DNA from: Bilabrum cf. latius
Taxonomy: Eukaryota
Length of the DNA stretch: 64,000 nt
NCBI GenBank assembly: GCA_965178125.1
Contig: OZ237753.1
Location: 310,001-374,000 of the forward strand
Direction: 5' to 3'
Below the pieces are notes generated by a model. The model was not told where the DNA came from, did no database searches, and worked only from the letters and a program-made list of their open reading frames with translations. The translations under genes and the position numbers were made by a program. Below, piece after piece: positions 15,001 to 26,372 of the stretch. Each line of letters starts with the position of its first letter. The stretch's first letter is position 1.

Positions 15001-16689
15001 TTGGCATGCTGTCCAGACGAAGCAGCCTGCGGGGGTGCAGCGCACCAGCACCGAGTTCTTCCTCCAGAATAACCGAGCCCAGAGGGTCCCCCGGTGCAAG
15101 TGATTGTCCGCACAACAGCTGGGCAGCTCTAAGGCGCTTCCTCTGCCAATATCCAGGAGCTATCGAATGGAGAATCCGACGAGCATCGGCGTCAGGGTCT
15201 GGGATTGGCACTTGCAAGCCTAGCATTTCCTGCTGGTAGGCCGGCGAGGAAAAGGATCGCATGGGCTACCCGTTCATTGTCCACCGCACCTCGCTACCGA
15301 GCGGGGAGGAAGACGCTGCCGCCGAGCTGTGTTTGCCGGATTTGACCACGACGATCTGAGTCGACAGAGCTCTCTCGCACAGCGTGTACTCTACTGGGAC
15401 GGGGTCGAGACAGCGGTACGATGACGAGACAAGCGGTGGCCTGCCGACGTGTGACGCAGCGCGACTCAACTGCAGCCGAAGCAGCACGTACTGCGAGGCC
15501 TGCTCCCGAAAGAAGGCCATCGAGGTCTGACTGGCGTCCAAGCGAGGCCACAGCTCAGACAGCAGGCATGCGAGGCCAGTGCCGCACTCTAGGAGCGGGC
15601 CCAGAGAGGCATAACCCCTGGCTCTGATCGCGAGGCAGAGCCCCCGCAAGATGTGCCCGCCCACCGCCAGGTCCTGCTCATCGCCCTCTCCCAAGCCCCC
15701 GCCGCCATGCCGACCACGGCCACGACCAGTGCCGTTCCCGCGACCTGCTCCCGATGCTGCTGCCCGTGTTGCCTTTGAGCCATCGCCATGCATGCTATCA
15801 AACGCCTGGTACACTGGCTCCAGGAAAGTCTGCAGCGATTCGAGCATGTCGCCAAGGTTGACGAGCGGAGTATCCAGGTCCACGTTCAGCCTGAGCTTGG
15901 TGGAGGGGTCCGCGGCAGATGCGGCGCTCGGCTTGCGGGCTCTCACTAGCATGCCCCCTGCAGTGGCAAGCAATTCTGCCAGGCTTTGCGCGCTGCGGAT
16001 CCGAACGCTGTAGGGGATGTCTCGCCTGGTGGCTGCATCGGACGATTTCGCACCGCTCATTGCGGTCTGTTCCAGCACCCGTGCCAGCTTCTGGACCAGA
16101 GTTGGTCTGCACGCCCTGATGTACTCAGCAGAAGAAAGAATATTCGACTCTCGCAGTATAACGATGGCCTCGAGTGCTAAAGGAGGGTCGGCCACTGCTT
16201 TGCTTGACGAGGAGCTCGCCTTCTTCGCGGCTGCTTTTGAAATGTACGGATGCGGGTGCTGCTGCAGCAGCGACGTACCTGTGAAACCAGAATTTACAAC
16301 AAGCAACACAAATAAGAACCCATGATGACACTTTTCGCCGAATGATGAGCTCAGCCTCTCAGCAACTCACAAAATTGGGCAATCGTGAGGACCTTCGGCA
16401 GCAGCGATGGACCTGGCGTCGTAGAAGCATGAGAGATAGCAGACCGGATGCAGTCAAATATGATGCGCAGTTGTCTATACTGTGGGAGCTTGACTACTAC
16501 TAGCTGGCAATGAGATATCAGGGCACTGCACACCCGCGACCATGTGCAGGAGGGATCTTGAACTGCCTGACCACAAATCAGCCTCAGCTGTCTCGCCGAT
16601 CCCAAGGAAATCGAACGGGTCAAGTCTTTTCTTGAGTCAAGTAAAGCCTAAATTCCTGCGAAACGATGTCGGGCATCAGCTGGCGCCAT
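1..16689 (-). CDS. ATM: ATM/Tel1-like PIKK serine/threonine kinase, 3' partial (exon 1 16371-16689, intron 16279-16370, exon 2 16278 to <1), >5,500 codons with TAG read as Gln
   Basis: 25 ORF fragments from 1061 to 15266 share one minus-strand frame, and each ends in TAG. The window-edge sequence reads SGASRPRTVTLFGTDGMKHRAVHKGPNEDMRQDQMVSRLLRIFNVLLA, the start of a PIKK kinase domain (cf. ATM GSDG..LVKG.DDLRQD). Exon 1 has LDSRKDLTRSISL, resembling the ATM TAN motif LxxxKxx(E/D)RxxxL. A phase-compatible GTGAG...CAG intron joins the two frames. Confidence 0.75.
13667..13711. repeat. Compound (GCT)n(GAT)n microsatellite encoding poly-Ser/poly-Ala within the ATM-like CDS
   Basis: tgctgctgct...gccgatgatgat... 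is directly visible and reads as TCA/GCA runs in the coding frame. Confidence 0.8.
16279..16370 (-). other. Spliceosomal intron (92 bp, GT-AG) in the ATM-like gene
   Basis: GTGAG donor and TTTCACAG acceptor. Removing it joins exon 1 to the long frame (T+GT = Cys). Confidence 0.75.
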
Positions 16690-16958
16690 GGGCTGATCCT
16701 ACGCAAACTCAAGCGGAGATGGTCTGATCCTACGCAGGTCTCCTTAACTCACGAGTAAGTGCGCGCTCTCTATCTTTCGCTGCCGTTGCACTTTCGAGCA
16801 AATTAAGCTACTCAACCAGGTCACCGGACTGCATTTCAAACGAAAATTGCTGAAGCAAGTGCTCCATGGCCACTTGATTCGACGGCGGTGCAAGGAAGGT
16901 TCCTTTGAAGTCTAATGAAGGGCGCATTCGGCCTACTTATGGGACGGATTTCGTGAGA

Positions 16959-18698
16959 ATGGACAACTACTATGAAAGGACTTATCAGGACATACAGCAC
17001 CTGATCGATGGACAGAGGAGGCTCGAAGAGTTCTTTGCCCAGATCGTTGCGGGACATCCAATCCAGTCTCCTGGACGGCCATCGCTAGCAACTTTGGTTG
17101 GGTACCGTTGTGGAAGAAAGCTAAAAGCTATTCTACGCGAATCCAATGGCAGCAGGAGGAGATTGGTAGCGCTTATGTGCCAGAAGTATAGTCCTGACGA
17201 GCTCGGCATTTCTGATTGTAAAGCCCAAGAACTACGAGTTGTGCACAGAATAGACCACATTCTAAAGTACAGACGTGCGTGCCGCGTTCAATTCGATGGA
17301 GGCAGGGTTTACCGCGCCGCGCAAGAGGGAAGACCGCTTGAACTGCAAAAGAGGCTCCGGTTGGGAGTCTTGGCAGGGGCCCTGTTCTCGCATCCAGTGG
17401 GGGAAACTAAAGAGCCGGGTGGTGCCACCAGGCCAATTTCAGCTGCATCAGAACCAGATTCAAGCCACAAGTCTCCCGCGCGGGGTAGACCTGAGTACCC
17501 GGCCCGTCCAGCCGCAGCTGCTTGCCTTGGATCCCACGCTGCATGCCTGCAGGTGCTCCTGGACGCTGCCCGGAGCACTTGCGCGGCGGCCCCCCACACC
17601 GCAGCCGTGGCCATGCTCGCTCAGCCAGCGGGTCCTAGCCAGGACTCTGCCATCGGCGCTGCTCTTAGAGGCAAGTGCTCTGGCGAAACCGCGCTTGTGG
17701 TCGCCACGGCGCTGGAAGCTGCGGCAGAGTCCGCGGCAAACAATCTCACACCCCACCAGCTGTGCACGGGCATGCGATGGCTGGCCCGACGCAAGAAGAA
17801 GCTCTAGCATTGGCAGCAGTCCTTGAGGCAGGGCAAGCGAGATCTGCGTGAGGAAATCGATAGAAAGGAACGGATCGAGGCGCATGCCTTCTGGGGGGAG
17901 TGGAGGAGGAGGTTGGATTTTCCAGAAAGGTTCGGGCATCCCACACCAGAGCTATGCGCAGAGTACAGATCAACAGTCAGCTAGATGCGGGACTACCGCA
18001 AGTCACGAAATCCGCTGAGGTCAATGCGCGGAAGGGTGAACACAGCACTCGCGCACGTGCAAGGAATGACGAGTGCCGTGAGCCGGAAGTAGGCTGCCTT
18101 GCGAACCACCGTGCTCGCAGGATTCGGCGCGGCTGCCGCCCTTATAGGCACTCGTCACACGGGCGCAGCAGTCCGGACCCCAGCGCTGCCCTGGCACGAC
18201 GGCCCATCCGACGTGCTTGCGGCCATGGACGCAGCCAGTGCCAGTGCAAGAGGCTGCGGTGGAGGGCCCACGGCTGGCCTGCTTGACGAGCGCGACCATC
18301 ATGATGAGGCTTGTTTGATCAGGCTGTGGACTCCCTGCGATGATCAAATGCGTGTGACGAGTGCGGACGAGGCGGTCGTGGCGGAGATTCACGAGCCACG
18401 GCATGGGTACTGGGTCGGGCTCTGCAATGCGCAGGCGACCGCGACGAGATCGCTTGTTGCGGTGGCAAGCGCCGTGCGGGCGGTCCACGGGCTGCCTGAG
18501 AGCCGTATTAAGGTGGGTACTGAGCTACCAGTAGCTAAGGGCGTAACGAGCGGTGGGCTTGGCGAGGTAGCCGCACTGGGAGGCAGGGCTGGGCTGGCAA
18601 GGGGGTCCGCACGGACCGCCTTGTTGCGCGAGCTTGACTGGATGATGAGGTGCGACAGCGTGCTTGGTGTTTGTATAGGAATACGTAAGCCTTTATGA
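16959..18698 (+). CDS. Hypothetical protein with degenerate ankyrin-like repeats (~579 aa, TAG read-through)
   Basis: ORFs 16905-17807 and 18099-18698 are in one frame, linked through three TAGs, and end in TGA. Ankyrin-like segments VYRAAQEGRPLEL and PAAAACLGSHAACLQVLLDA. The start ATG is inferred. Confidence 0.6.
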
Positions 18699-18857
18699 GT
18701 CGGTATACCATGGACTTCTTCTCTGCCAAGCGTTGCATGCGTGGCACGAGATCCCCACGTCAAGAACGGCGAAATTGTTTTGTTGAGTGATATTTCAGCG
18801 CAGCGCATTCTTATTTATTAGTCTTGATCCAAGCAAAAGCCATCCCATCCGAGCATA

Positions 18858-21800
18858 ATGGATGCCACAGCTGCATTATGCAGCTATGCTTTCATACAGG
18901 AGAATTTCCGTAGCACTGTTCAACAACTTGATGCATACGCCAAGAAGAACGTGAGCATCGCCCAGCTGTCCCAACCCTGAGCGCCTACAGTCTCCAACTA
19001 CCTCGGAAGTTAGCTGAAGTTGTAGCAGGTCGAAGTCTGTATTTCTCTTTCTCGACGTTTGCAGGATTGGGTGGACATCCGGGTACAGCTGAACAGGGCT
19101 CTCGCTACTTTTGCACTCTCCGGTGGTTCAGACCACGCTAGGCTTTTGCACGAAATCACTAGGCTAGAGGAGCAAGCAAACCAGGTACATTAGCAAAGAA
19201 TTAAGGCAGCGTGAGTCCATTGCTGACCAAGCCTTGGCCTCGAAGCAGCGCTGCTGTTCTGGACGCTCGCATGCTTCCGATCCCTACCTCACCTACGATA
19301 CTTCTCAAGCAGCAAGGAATAGGAAGGTTGCGACGATTTATCGCCCAAGCAACAAGCAGAATTGACAGCAATCGCAGCATCAGAGCGCGGTGCGATGCGC
19401 TACAACCAGGCAGTCCTGCTGTTTGCTCTGCAGCGACAGGCGACCGCGGGGCACGTCCTCGAGGTGCTCTTCCAGCTCTCTGACCCGGTGGACGACTGGG
19501 TTGCGATGAGATCTGGTTTCTTGCTGCTTGAAATTTGCGTCCACGCGTACAGAGTGAGGTGTCCGGGTTGCTCACGACATCCACGGGATGGTATTGCTAC
19601 AGACCACTGGTGCCGCTAGCTGCTGGCTGGTTGACTGGCCCAGCTGTCAACCAGCCCAGCTGGCCCAGATAAAGCACCCCCAAATGCATGAGCAGAAGCA
19701 CCTTGATTCCAAGCTATAATGCAGCGCGTGTCGCTGACGACCCTAAATCACTCGCTTCGCTCTCGCTCTCGCGCAGGGCTTCGCCCCGGGCGACACCGTC
19801 GCACTTCCGGTTTTGCAGAGCGCACACCGCATCCTCGACTACCTCCGGGGTCAGAAACCATTCAATGACCCCGCCGCCATCGCGGCAGCCCTTGCGGCTG
19901 GGGAGGCGGGTGGCAGCCCCGAGGTCAAGACAGCGGCTGCGGCTGACGGCAACCCAAAGCACGACGTCACTGCCCAGGAGGCGGTTGCAACCGCAGCGCA
20001 GCCCAAGTCCAGGCACCGCGCCCGGGCTGAGCGTCTGGTGGGCCGTTTTTGGCTCCGGACGTGCGGGTACAGCGCGGAGTTTGCGCTCGTGGGCGGGTCT
20101 CCGGCAGAGGCACGCAGGTACGTGCAGCAGGCCCTGCAGCTGCACGCCAAGCACACCGCCAATGCAGCTGCCATGGATGAAGAAGAGGCCCACGGCAGCA
20201 CGATGCCTCTGTCCGCCATCCCGGAATACGGTTCGAGGAGGGACAGGGAGCTGGATCATTCCGGCTCCGGATCTTCCGGGGGTGGGCGGGCCGGTGACGG
20301 CAAGGGTCGGGGCTCGGGGGGATTAGCCGGGGAACACAACGAGGAGGAGGACCATGACCCGGTCACGGAGGGTTCTTTGCACCTGGCGTCCCTTTCAGAC
20401 CGAGTCTCCACTCTGCTGCTGCGGTCTAGGATCGAAGCGGCTCGGGGCCAGAGGGTGAGGTCCCTCCGTCTTCTCGAGCTCGCTAGGCTCTCGCAGGAGG
20501 GCAGGGGGCCGTTTCGATCCAAGGCGCACGAGTAGGCCGGCCTCGGCTCCAAGTCTCTCGGGGAGGAGCCGAAAATGGAGGGGCAGGCATTCCTCAGCGG
20601 CGGGTCTGCAGAGTCGGCTGCTGTGGGCGGTGATGTCACTACGGGTGCGTCAGACGATGGCGCGGGAGGCCACGCGGTGCTCCGTGACTCGCTCCACGGA
20701 GCCAGGCTGGCCACGCAGGAGGCACAGAGACTCAACGACATGGGCGTGCTGATGGCGCAGGACGGCAGGCACCATAGCGCCATGCTCTTGCTCAGGAAGG
20801 CTCTGGAGTCGTGCCAGGCTGCAGAGGGCGCCACCGCGCGAGCCATCCGGTGCGGCTCCGCGGTCATCGTTTCCAGGGAACAAGGGGCCGACCTGGGCAG
20901 CAAGGCAGACGCGCTGATCGAGGGCCCTGGGTCCACGGCCCTCGCTACCGGCTCTTTGGCCACAAGCTCCTCTGTGGGCGAGGGGCTGCTGCCAACCATC
21001 GGGCCGCCGAGGTGCGAGATCCTTTTTAACGCCGGGCTCACTGCACTGCGGTGCAGACGGCCAGTGAGGGCCTACCGCTACCTCAGGAGGGCAGCTCTCC
21101 AGTTCCGGCAGCGGCCTCGGCTGTGGCTCCGCCTGGCAGAGTGCGCCCTGATTCTGCACGAGCAGGCCAGCGGACAGAGGCCCGAAGCTGCCTCTCCCAA
21201 CGTGCTGGGCGAGCCGGCGCTCCCCATGGAGTCGCACCCCCACGTGATTGGCCAGCCCAGCATCGAAGCCATCAAGGAAGAGATCGCGGCGCGGCGGGAG
21301 CGGAAGGACGCCGCGGCCCCTGCAGAGGGCAGCAAAGACAAGGGGGATGCTTCGTCGTCTTCCGCGGCTGCATCGGGACAGGGCGGCGAGGACGAGGACC
21401 CTACCGTGGAGGAGGTGCTCAGCGCCATGTCCGGCGCCGCCCTTCCGAGCGGGGCATGGGAGGCGGCCTGGAGCTCCTCCGGACTGGTCAAGGGGCGGGC
21501 GGGTGAGGGAACAACGCAGAGGCTCGTGCTAGAGGAAGCACCCGCCACGTGCCCGCCGGATCCGGTGGACAGGCTGGTGAAGCTGGCGGAGCAGGCTGCG
21601 GGGGAGCACGGCGTGGACGAGTCTGCCGAAGAATCGAAAAAAGAGGAGGCAGCTCCAGGTGCCGGCACCGCGGATTCCGGTCCCGGGAAGGAAGCGGCTC
21701 CGGATGCGGAGTGGCCCGCGCTCCCGACACTGAGCTTCGCGCGCGTGTGCTTGCAGAACTGCCTGGCCCTGGTGCCGCAAGCGTCGCAGTTCCAGGTGCC

Positions 21801-22566
21801 AGACCCACCGGCCCCGGGCAACCCTGATGCGCAGACGCTCGCCACGCAGCGCGCAGCCGCCATGCGCGCCGCGCTGGGGCGGTGCAGGCTGCGCCGCGCG
21901 GCCCTTGCAAAGCTCAGCTACATTTGCCTGCTGCAGAGAGACCCCTCAGCCGCCCTCTCCCACGCCATGGACCTGATCCAGGACCCGGAGCCCGTGGCGC
22001 CGCCCCAGGGAACAGACGCGGCGGCCTTCGCGGCCCAGCTGGGCCCCTGGTCCTACTTGGGCAGCATATACGCGAGCGAGGCCCTGTGCCTGCTGGGCCG
22101 GCCCGGCGAAGCCGCGGGCCTGGTGACCCCTGCCGTGCTCGAGGCAGCCACGGGCCGCGCTGCCTTCGACGCGCACGAGACCGCCACTGCCACCTTCGGC
22201 GCAGCAGGCCCGTCGGCCAGGCAGAGGGCGGTCAAGCAACAGTTTGCCCCGCCGCGGGCCGCGGGCAGTGCCCTGTACACCAACCTTGGGGTGGCCTACG
22301 CCCTGAGCGGTGACCTAGCCCTTGCCCAGCAGTATGCGAGCAAGGCGCTGACTGTGGAGCCGCTGGCCAGGGAGGCAAGGACGCTGACGGCTTTCCTCTC
22401 TGCTGCCTCGGGGCGGGCGGCAGAGGGCAAGGACCTCGTCACCCGAGGCGTGGCGCCGGTGACGACCAATTAGCAGCAGTAGCAGTAGCAGCAGCAGCAG
22501 CAAGCTCAGTAGCAGCAGGCGCAAGCTGGGCCCGGACAGGCGGGGCAGGCTCCAGCTGCTCAGTGA
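18858..22566 (+). CDS. CNOT10: CCR4-NOT complex subunit 10-like TPR protein (exons 18858-18950, 19065-19210, 19310/19313-19553, 19777-22566)
   Basis: Motifs YNQAVLLF, EILFNAGL..L....P..A, RPRLWLRLAECA, AKLSYICL...DP..AL and IYASEALCLLGR match CNOT10. Three phase-compatible GT-AG introns. In-frame TAGs include a terminal TAG/CAG poly-Q tract, and the gene ends in TGA at 22564-22566. Confidence 0.85.
22471..22518 (+). repeat. Mixed TAG/CAG/CAA trinucleotide tract encoding poly-Gln at the CNOT10 C-terminus
   Basis: In-frame TAG CAG CAG TAG CAG TAG CAG CAG CAG CAG CAA GCT CAG TAG CAG CAG. Confidence 0.9.
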
Positions 22567-22751
22567 ACAGAGGTGCGCCTATACAGAGAAAGGGGGGCAT
22601 CAACGAAAGGCTGCTTTGCTCTACTTGCGCAGAGTCAGCTCGTAGACTGATCCAGATCTCGAGCCGAAGTTGCTCCCAAATTCGCATGGGTTCAAGATTG
22701 TTTACGTCATTGACAACTTACTTTTGAATCAACCATATTAAAAGCAGATCT

Positions 22752-24245
22752 TCACCACTTGCACCCAGTGAGCCCCGCCTCCGGGTACTCGACCAGCATG
22801 GCGCTCAGAGGGGGCAGCTCGATCGGCTTGGACACGTCCCCGCTCGCTGGAGGCATCGCGGGCACCTCGCCGGAGGCAGACAGGGCCAGCACGTGCCCGT
22901 TCAAGGTCATGTTCGGGCTCGTGTACACCCCGTCAAGTCCCTGCAGCAGGTACTCGTTCCTCACGCTCCCGGGATTGAACCCCGTTGCAGTCACCTCGGC
23001 CGTGCTGTTGAGCAGGTTCATGGTGGTCAGCACCACGGTGCCGTCCATGCGACTCCCGCAGTAGGCGTACGTGCGGATGTACTGCTCCGCCTGCTCCTGG
23101 TCCTTCACGCCCAGCACCGCCTGGCCCACCAGCCGCTTCCACAGAACCGCCGTGTAGTAGTCGGGGTTGGGCACGGCCTCCGGTGTGACGAGCTCGTAGG
23201 CCCCACCGGTGAAGGTCTGCCGGATGACGGCCTTGTGGCCTTTGTATGAGGCATAGCCCAGCTGATCCAACCACCAGAACGTGGAAGCAAACCTGTCACT
23301 GACCCCGTACGTGCCCCCGTCATACGCCGAGGAGGACTCCCCCAGGATGGGCTCCACGTTGGGGAGATACTTGGCCTTGATCTGCTGCACCTGATCGATA
23401 TCAGAGCGAATACTGTCAAGCACCTTAGGCTCGATGAACTGGTACGCCTGGGAGGTGTGTCCGTTTTCATAGTAATGGTGCCAGGTGAGCGCGCCGAGGA
23501 TGTCGCCCTTCCCGCTCTTGGCCAGAGACTCGGCAAACTGCTACAGGAAAGAAATCTGAAACGCAACGTCGCACCCCACAATGCTAGGGGCATCGTACGA
23601 GTCGTTGTTTATTTTGCCGGGTCCATAAATGTCAGACAGCACGCCTGCCAGCGCGATGAAATCCTTGGCCACCGTCTGCGGGTCCATGTCGAACGTAGTC
23701 TTGTTCTTGCTAGCAGAAAGGTCCATCTCGTTGCCCAGCTCCCACCCCACGACTTGCTGGTTCTCCTTGGCGTGCCGGATCAGGCCCTCTGCGTTGTTGG
23801 GGTTCCACTTGCCGCCAGGAGTGCCGTCGCCGGTGCGGTTGAGCTCGCTCAGCCCAAAGACGAGCTTCCATCCGACCTCCTTTGCGAAGTTGGCGAGAGC
23901 ATCGAATGAGGACACATTCACTGGTTGCAACGGCCGCCCTATACTGACAGATGCAGGCCCGTCCTCGCCTTCACTGGCGAATCCTTGATAATAAAGGAAG
24001 TCTGCATCAGTGCCTCCCACCCTAAGCCAGGCTGGACCGAGAGTTTTCGCGAGGCCGATTACCACTTGGTTGTGGTACTAGAATCGGCTACCAAATCCTC
24101 TGTACATTTCGCTGGCATCGATGGTTACGCTGAGAAACTTGGGGTTAATATACTGAGCCACTCCTTGTACTTCTACCGCATGCGAAACAGTCTAATCGCA
24201 GAGAGCTGACCAGGCAACGCTCGCAATTATTATGAACTTAAGCAT
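22752..24245 (-). CDS. Glycoside hydrolase family 79 (heparanase/beta-glucuronidase-like), secreted, copy A
   Basis: Signal-peptide-like MLKFIIIASVAWSALC. Motifs FLSVTID, LRVGGTDAD, WELGNE (acid/base), LGESSSAY (nucleophile), FWWLDQLG, IRQT and PNPDYY. Three in-frame TAGs (24192, 24078, 23541) and a TGA stop. Confidence 0.9.
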
Positions 24246-24406
24246 GCCCAACGAGGTAAAATGCTTCAATATCGTCCCTGAGTGCCTGTATGCAACGGCT
24301 AGCGCGCACGCCGGCGGCTGCTCCGGATGGATCCATGGCATCCCTGCTCGCTGCATGAACCGAAGGCATCAGTACGGTGACGCAATTCTGACAAGTAACA
24401 AACAAA
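24246..24406. promoter_or_regulatory. Probable shared bidirectional promoter between the two GH79 genes
   Basis: 161-bp spacer between divergent ATGs. Function is inferred from position only. Confidence 0.45.
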
Positions 24407-25906
24407 ATGCGTCTAACAGTGCTCGCCCTTGCAGCAATTAAGTTGCTCCAGACGGCCTCTGCCACGAGCAAAACGGTGCAAGTGGAGGGGATCGCGCAGC
24501 TGATCAACCCCAAGTTCCTTAGTATCACCCTTGATGCCAGCGAGCTCTTTCACGGATTTGGCAGCCAGTTTCAGTACTAGAACAAAGTGGTTGTCGGTCT
24601 CGCGAAAACCCTCGGGCCGTCTTGGCTCAGGGTGGGAGGCACTGATGCAGACTTCCTCTGGTATCAAGGATTCGCCAGTGAAGGCGAGGACGGGCCTGCA
24701 TACACAGCTGTACAGTTGGGGCATGCTGTACAACCAGTGAATGTGTCCTCATTCGATGCTCTCGCCAACTTCGCAAAGGAGGTCGGATGGAAGCTCGTCT
24801 TTGGGCTGAGCGAGCTCAACCGTACCAGCGACGGCACTCCTGGCGGCAAGTGGAACCCCAGCAACGCAGAGGGCCTGATCAGGCACGCCAAGGAGAACCA
24901 GCAAGTCGTGGGGTGGGAGCTGGGCAACGAGATGGACCAGTCCACCAAGCATAACAAGACTACGTTCGACATGGACCCGCAGACGGTGGCCAAGGATTTC
25001 ATCGCGCTGGCAGGCGTGCTGTCTGACATTTATGGACCCGGCAAAATAAACAACGACTCGTACGATGCCCCTAGCATTGTGGGGTGCGATGTTGCGGGAA
25101 GTCTGGATTATTTAGAGCAGTTTGCCGAGTCTCTGGCCAAGAGCGGGAAGGGCGACATCCTCGGCGCGCTCACCTGGCACCATTACTATGAAAATGGACA
25201 CACCTCCCATGCATACCAGTTCATCGAGCCTAAGGTGCTTGACAAGGTCAGGTCCGGCATCGATCAGGTGCAGCAGATTAAGGCCAAGTATCTCCCCAAC
25301 GTGGAGCCCATCCTGGGAGAGTCCTCCTCGGCGTATGACGGGGGCACGTACGGGGTCAGTGACAGGTTTGCTTCCACGTTCTGGTGGTTGGATCAGCTGG
25401 GCTATGCCTCATACAAAGGCCACAAGGCCGTCATCCGGCAGACCTTCACGGGTGGGGCCTACGAGCTCGTCACACCGGAGGCCGTGCCCAACCCCGACTA
25501 CTACACGGCGGTTCTGTGGAAGCGGCTGGTGGGCCAGGCGGTGCTGGGCGTGAAGGACCAGGAGCAGGCGGAGCAGTACATCCGCACGTACGCCTACTGC
25601 GGGAGTCGCATGGACGGCACCGTGGTGCTGACCACCATGAACCTGCTCAACAGCACGGCCGAGGTGACTGCAACGGGGTTCAATCCCGGGAGCGTGAGGA
25701 ACGAGTACCTGCTGCAGGGACTTGACGGGGTGTACACGAGCCCGAACATGACCTTGAACGGACACGTGCTGGCCCTGTCTGCCTCCGGCGAGGTGCCCGC
25801 GATGCCTCCAGCGAGCGGGGACGTGTCCAAGCCGATCGAGCTGCCCCCTCTGAGCGCCATGCTGGTCGAGTACCCGGAGGCGGGGCTAATCTGGTGCAAG
25901 ATTTGA
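24407..25906 (+). CDS. Glycoside hydrolase family 79 (heparanase/beta-glucuronidase-like), secreted, copy B
   Basis: Signal-peptide-like MRLTVLALAAIKLLQTASA and the same catalytic motifs as copy A. One in-frame TAG (24578-24580) and a TGA stop. Confidence 0.9.
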
Positions 25907-26018
25907 GCGGGATTAGCCCCATTTCTTGATCAGTTTTCTTGGTTGATTCTTATTCTCGTGTGTAATAAATCATGCAGACTCTTGCATCGCAGAGCCTTTC
26001 GATCAACCTCTCCCATGG

Positions 26019-26372
26019 TCAGCGGAGGGGTGTCTCCTCCACCCACACCCCCCTCATGCTCAGTGGAGGGGTGTCTCCTCCACCCACACCCCCCTCATGC
26101 TCAGTGGAGGGGTGTCTCCTCCACCCACACCCCCCTCATGCTCAGCGGAGGGGTGTCTCCTCCACCCACACCCCCCTCATGCTCAGCGGAGGGGTGTCTC
26201 CTCCACCCACACCCCCCTCATGCTCAGTGGAGGGGTGTCTCCTCCACCCACACCCCCCTCATGCTCAGTGGAGGGGTGTCTCCTCCACCCACACCCCCCT
26301 CATGCTCAGTGGAGGGGTGTCTCCTCCACCCACACCCCCCTCATGCTCAGCGGAGGGGTGTCTCCTCCACCC
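26019..26372. repeat. 41-bp tandem minisatellite, 8 full copies plus a partial copy (TCAG[C/T]GGAGGGGTGTCTCCTCCACCCACACCCCCCTCATGC)
   Basis: Units start at 26019, 26060, 26101, 26142, 26183, 26224, 26265, 26306 and 26347. Only a C/T variant distinguishes the units. Confidence 0.95.

Noticed and set aside
23541-23543. TAG = Glu (TAG aligns with GAG in the GH79 paralog)
   Set aside because: It is a single site in a divergent patch. The poly-Q tract, the CAG-aligned site, Rpt2 NQ and TRxQR all favour Gln.
22752-25906. Transposon with long terminal inverted repeats
   Set aside because: The inverted arms are the GH79 coding sequences themselves. There is no transposase, and the similarity stops at the stop codons.
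26019-26372. CRISPR array, or the coding ORFs 25943-26520 over the repeat
   Set aside because: The units are contiguous with no unique spacers. The ORFs are by-products of a 41-bp repeat that lacks plus-strand stops.
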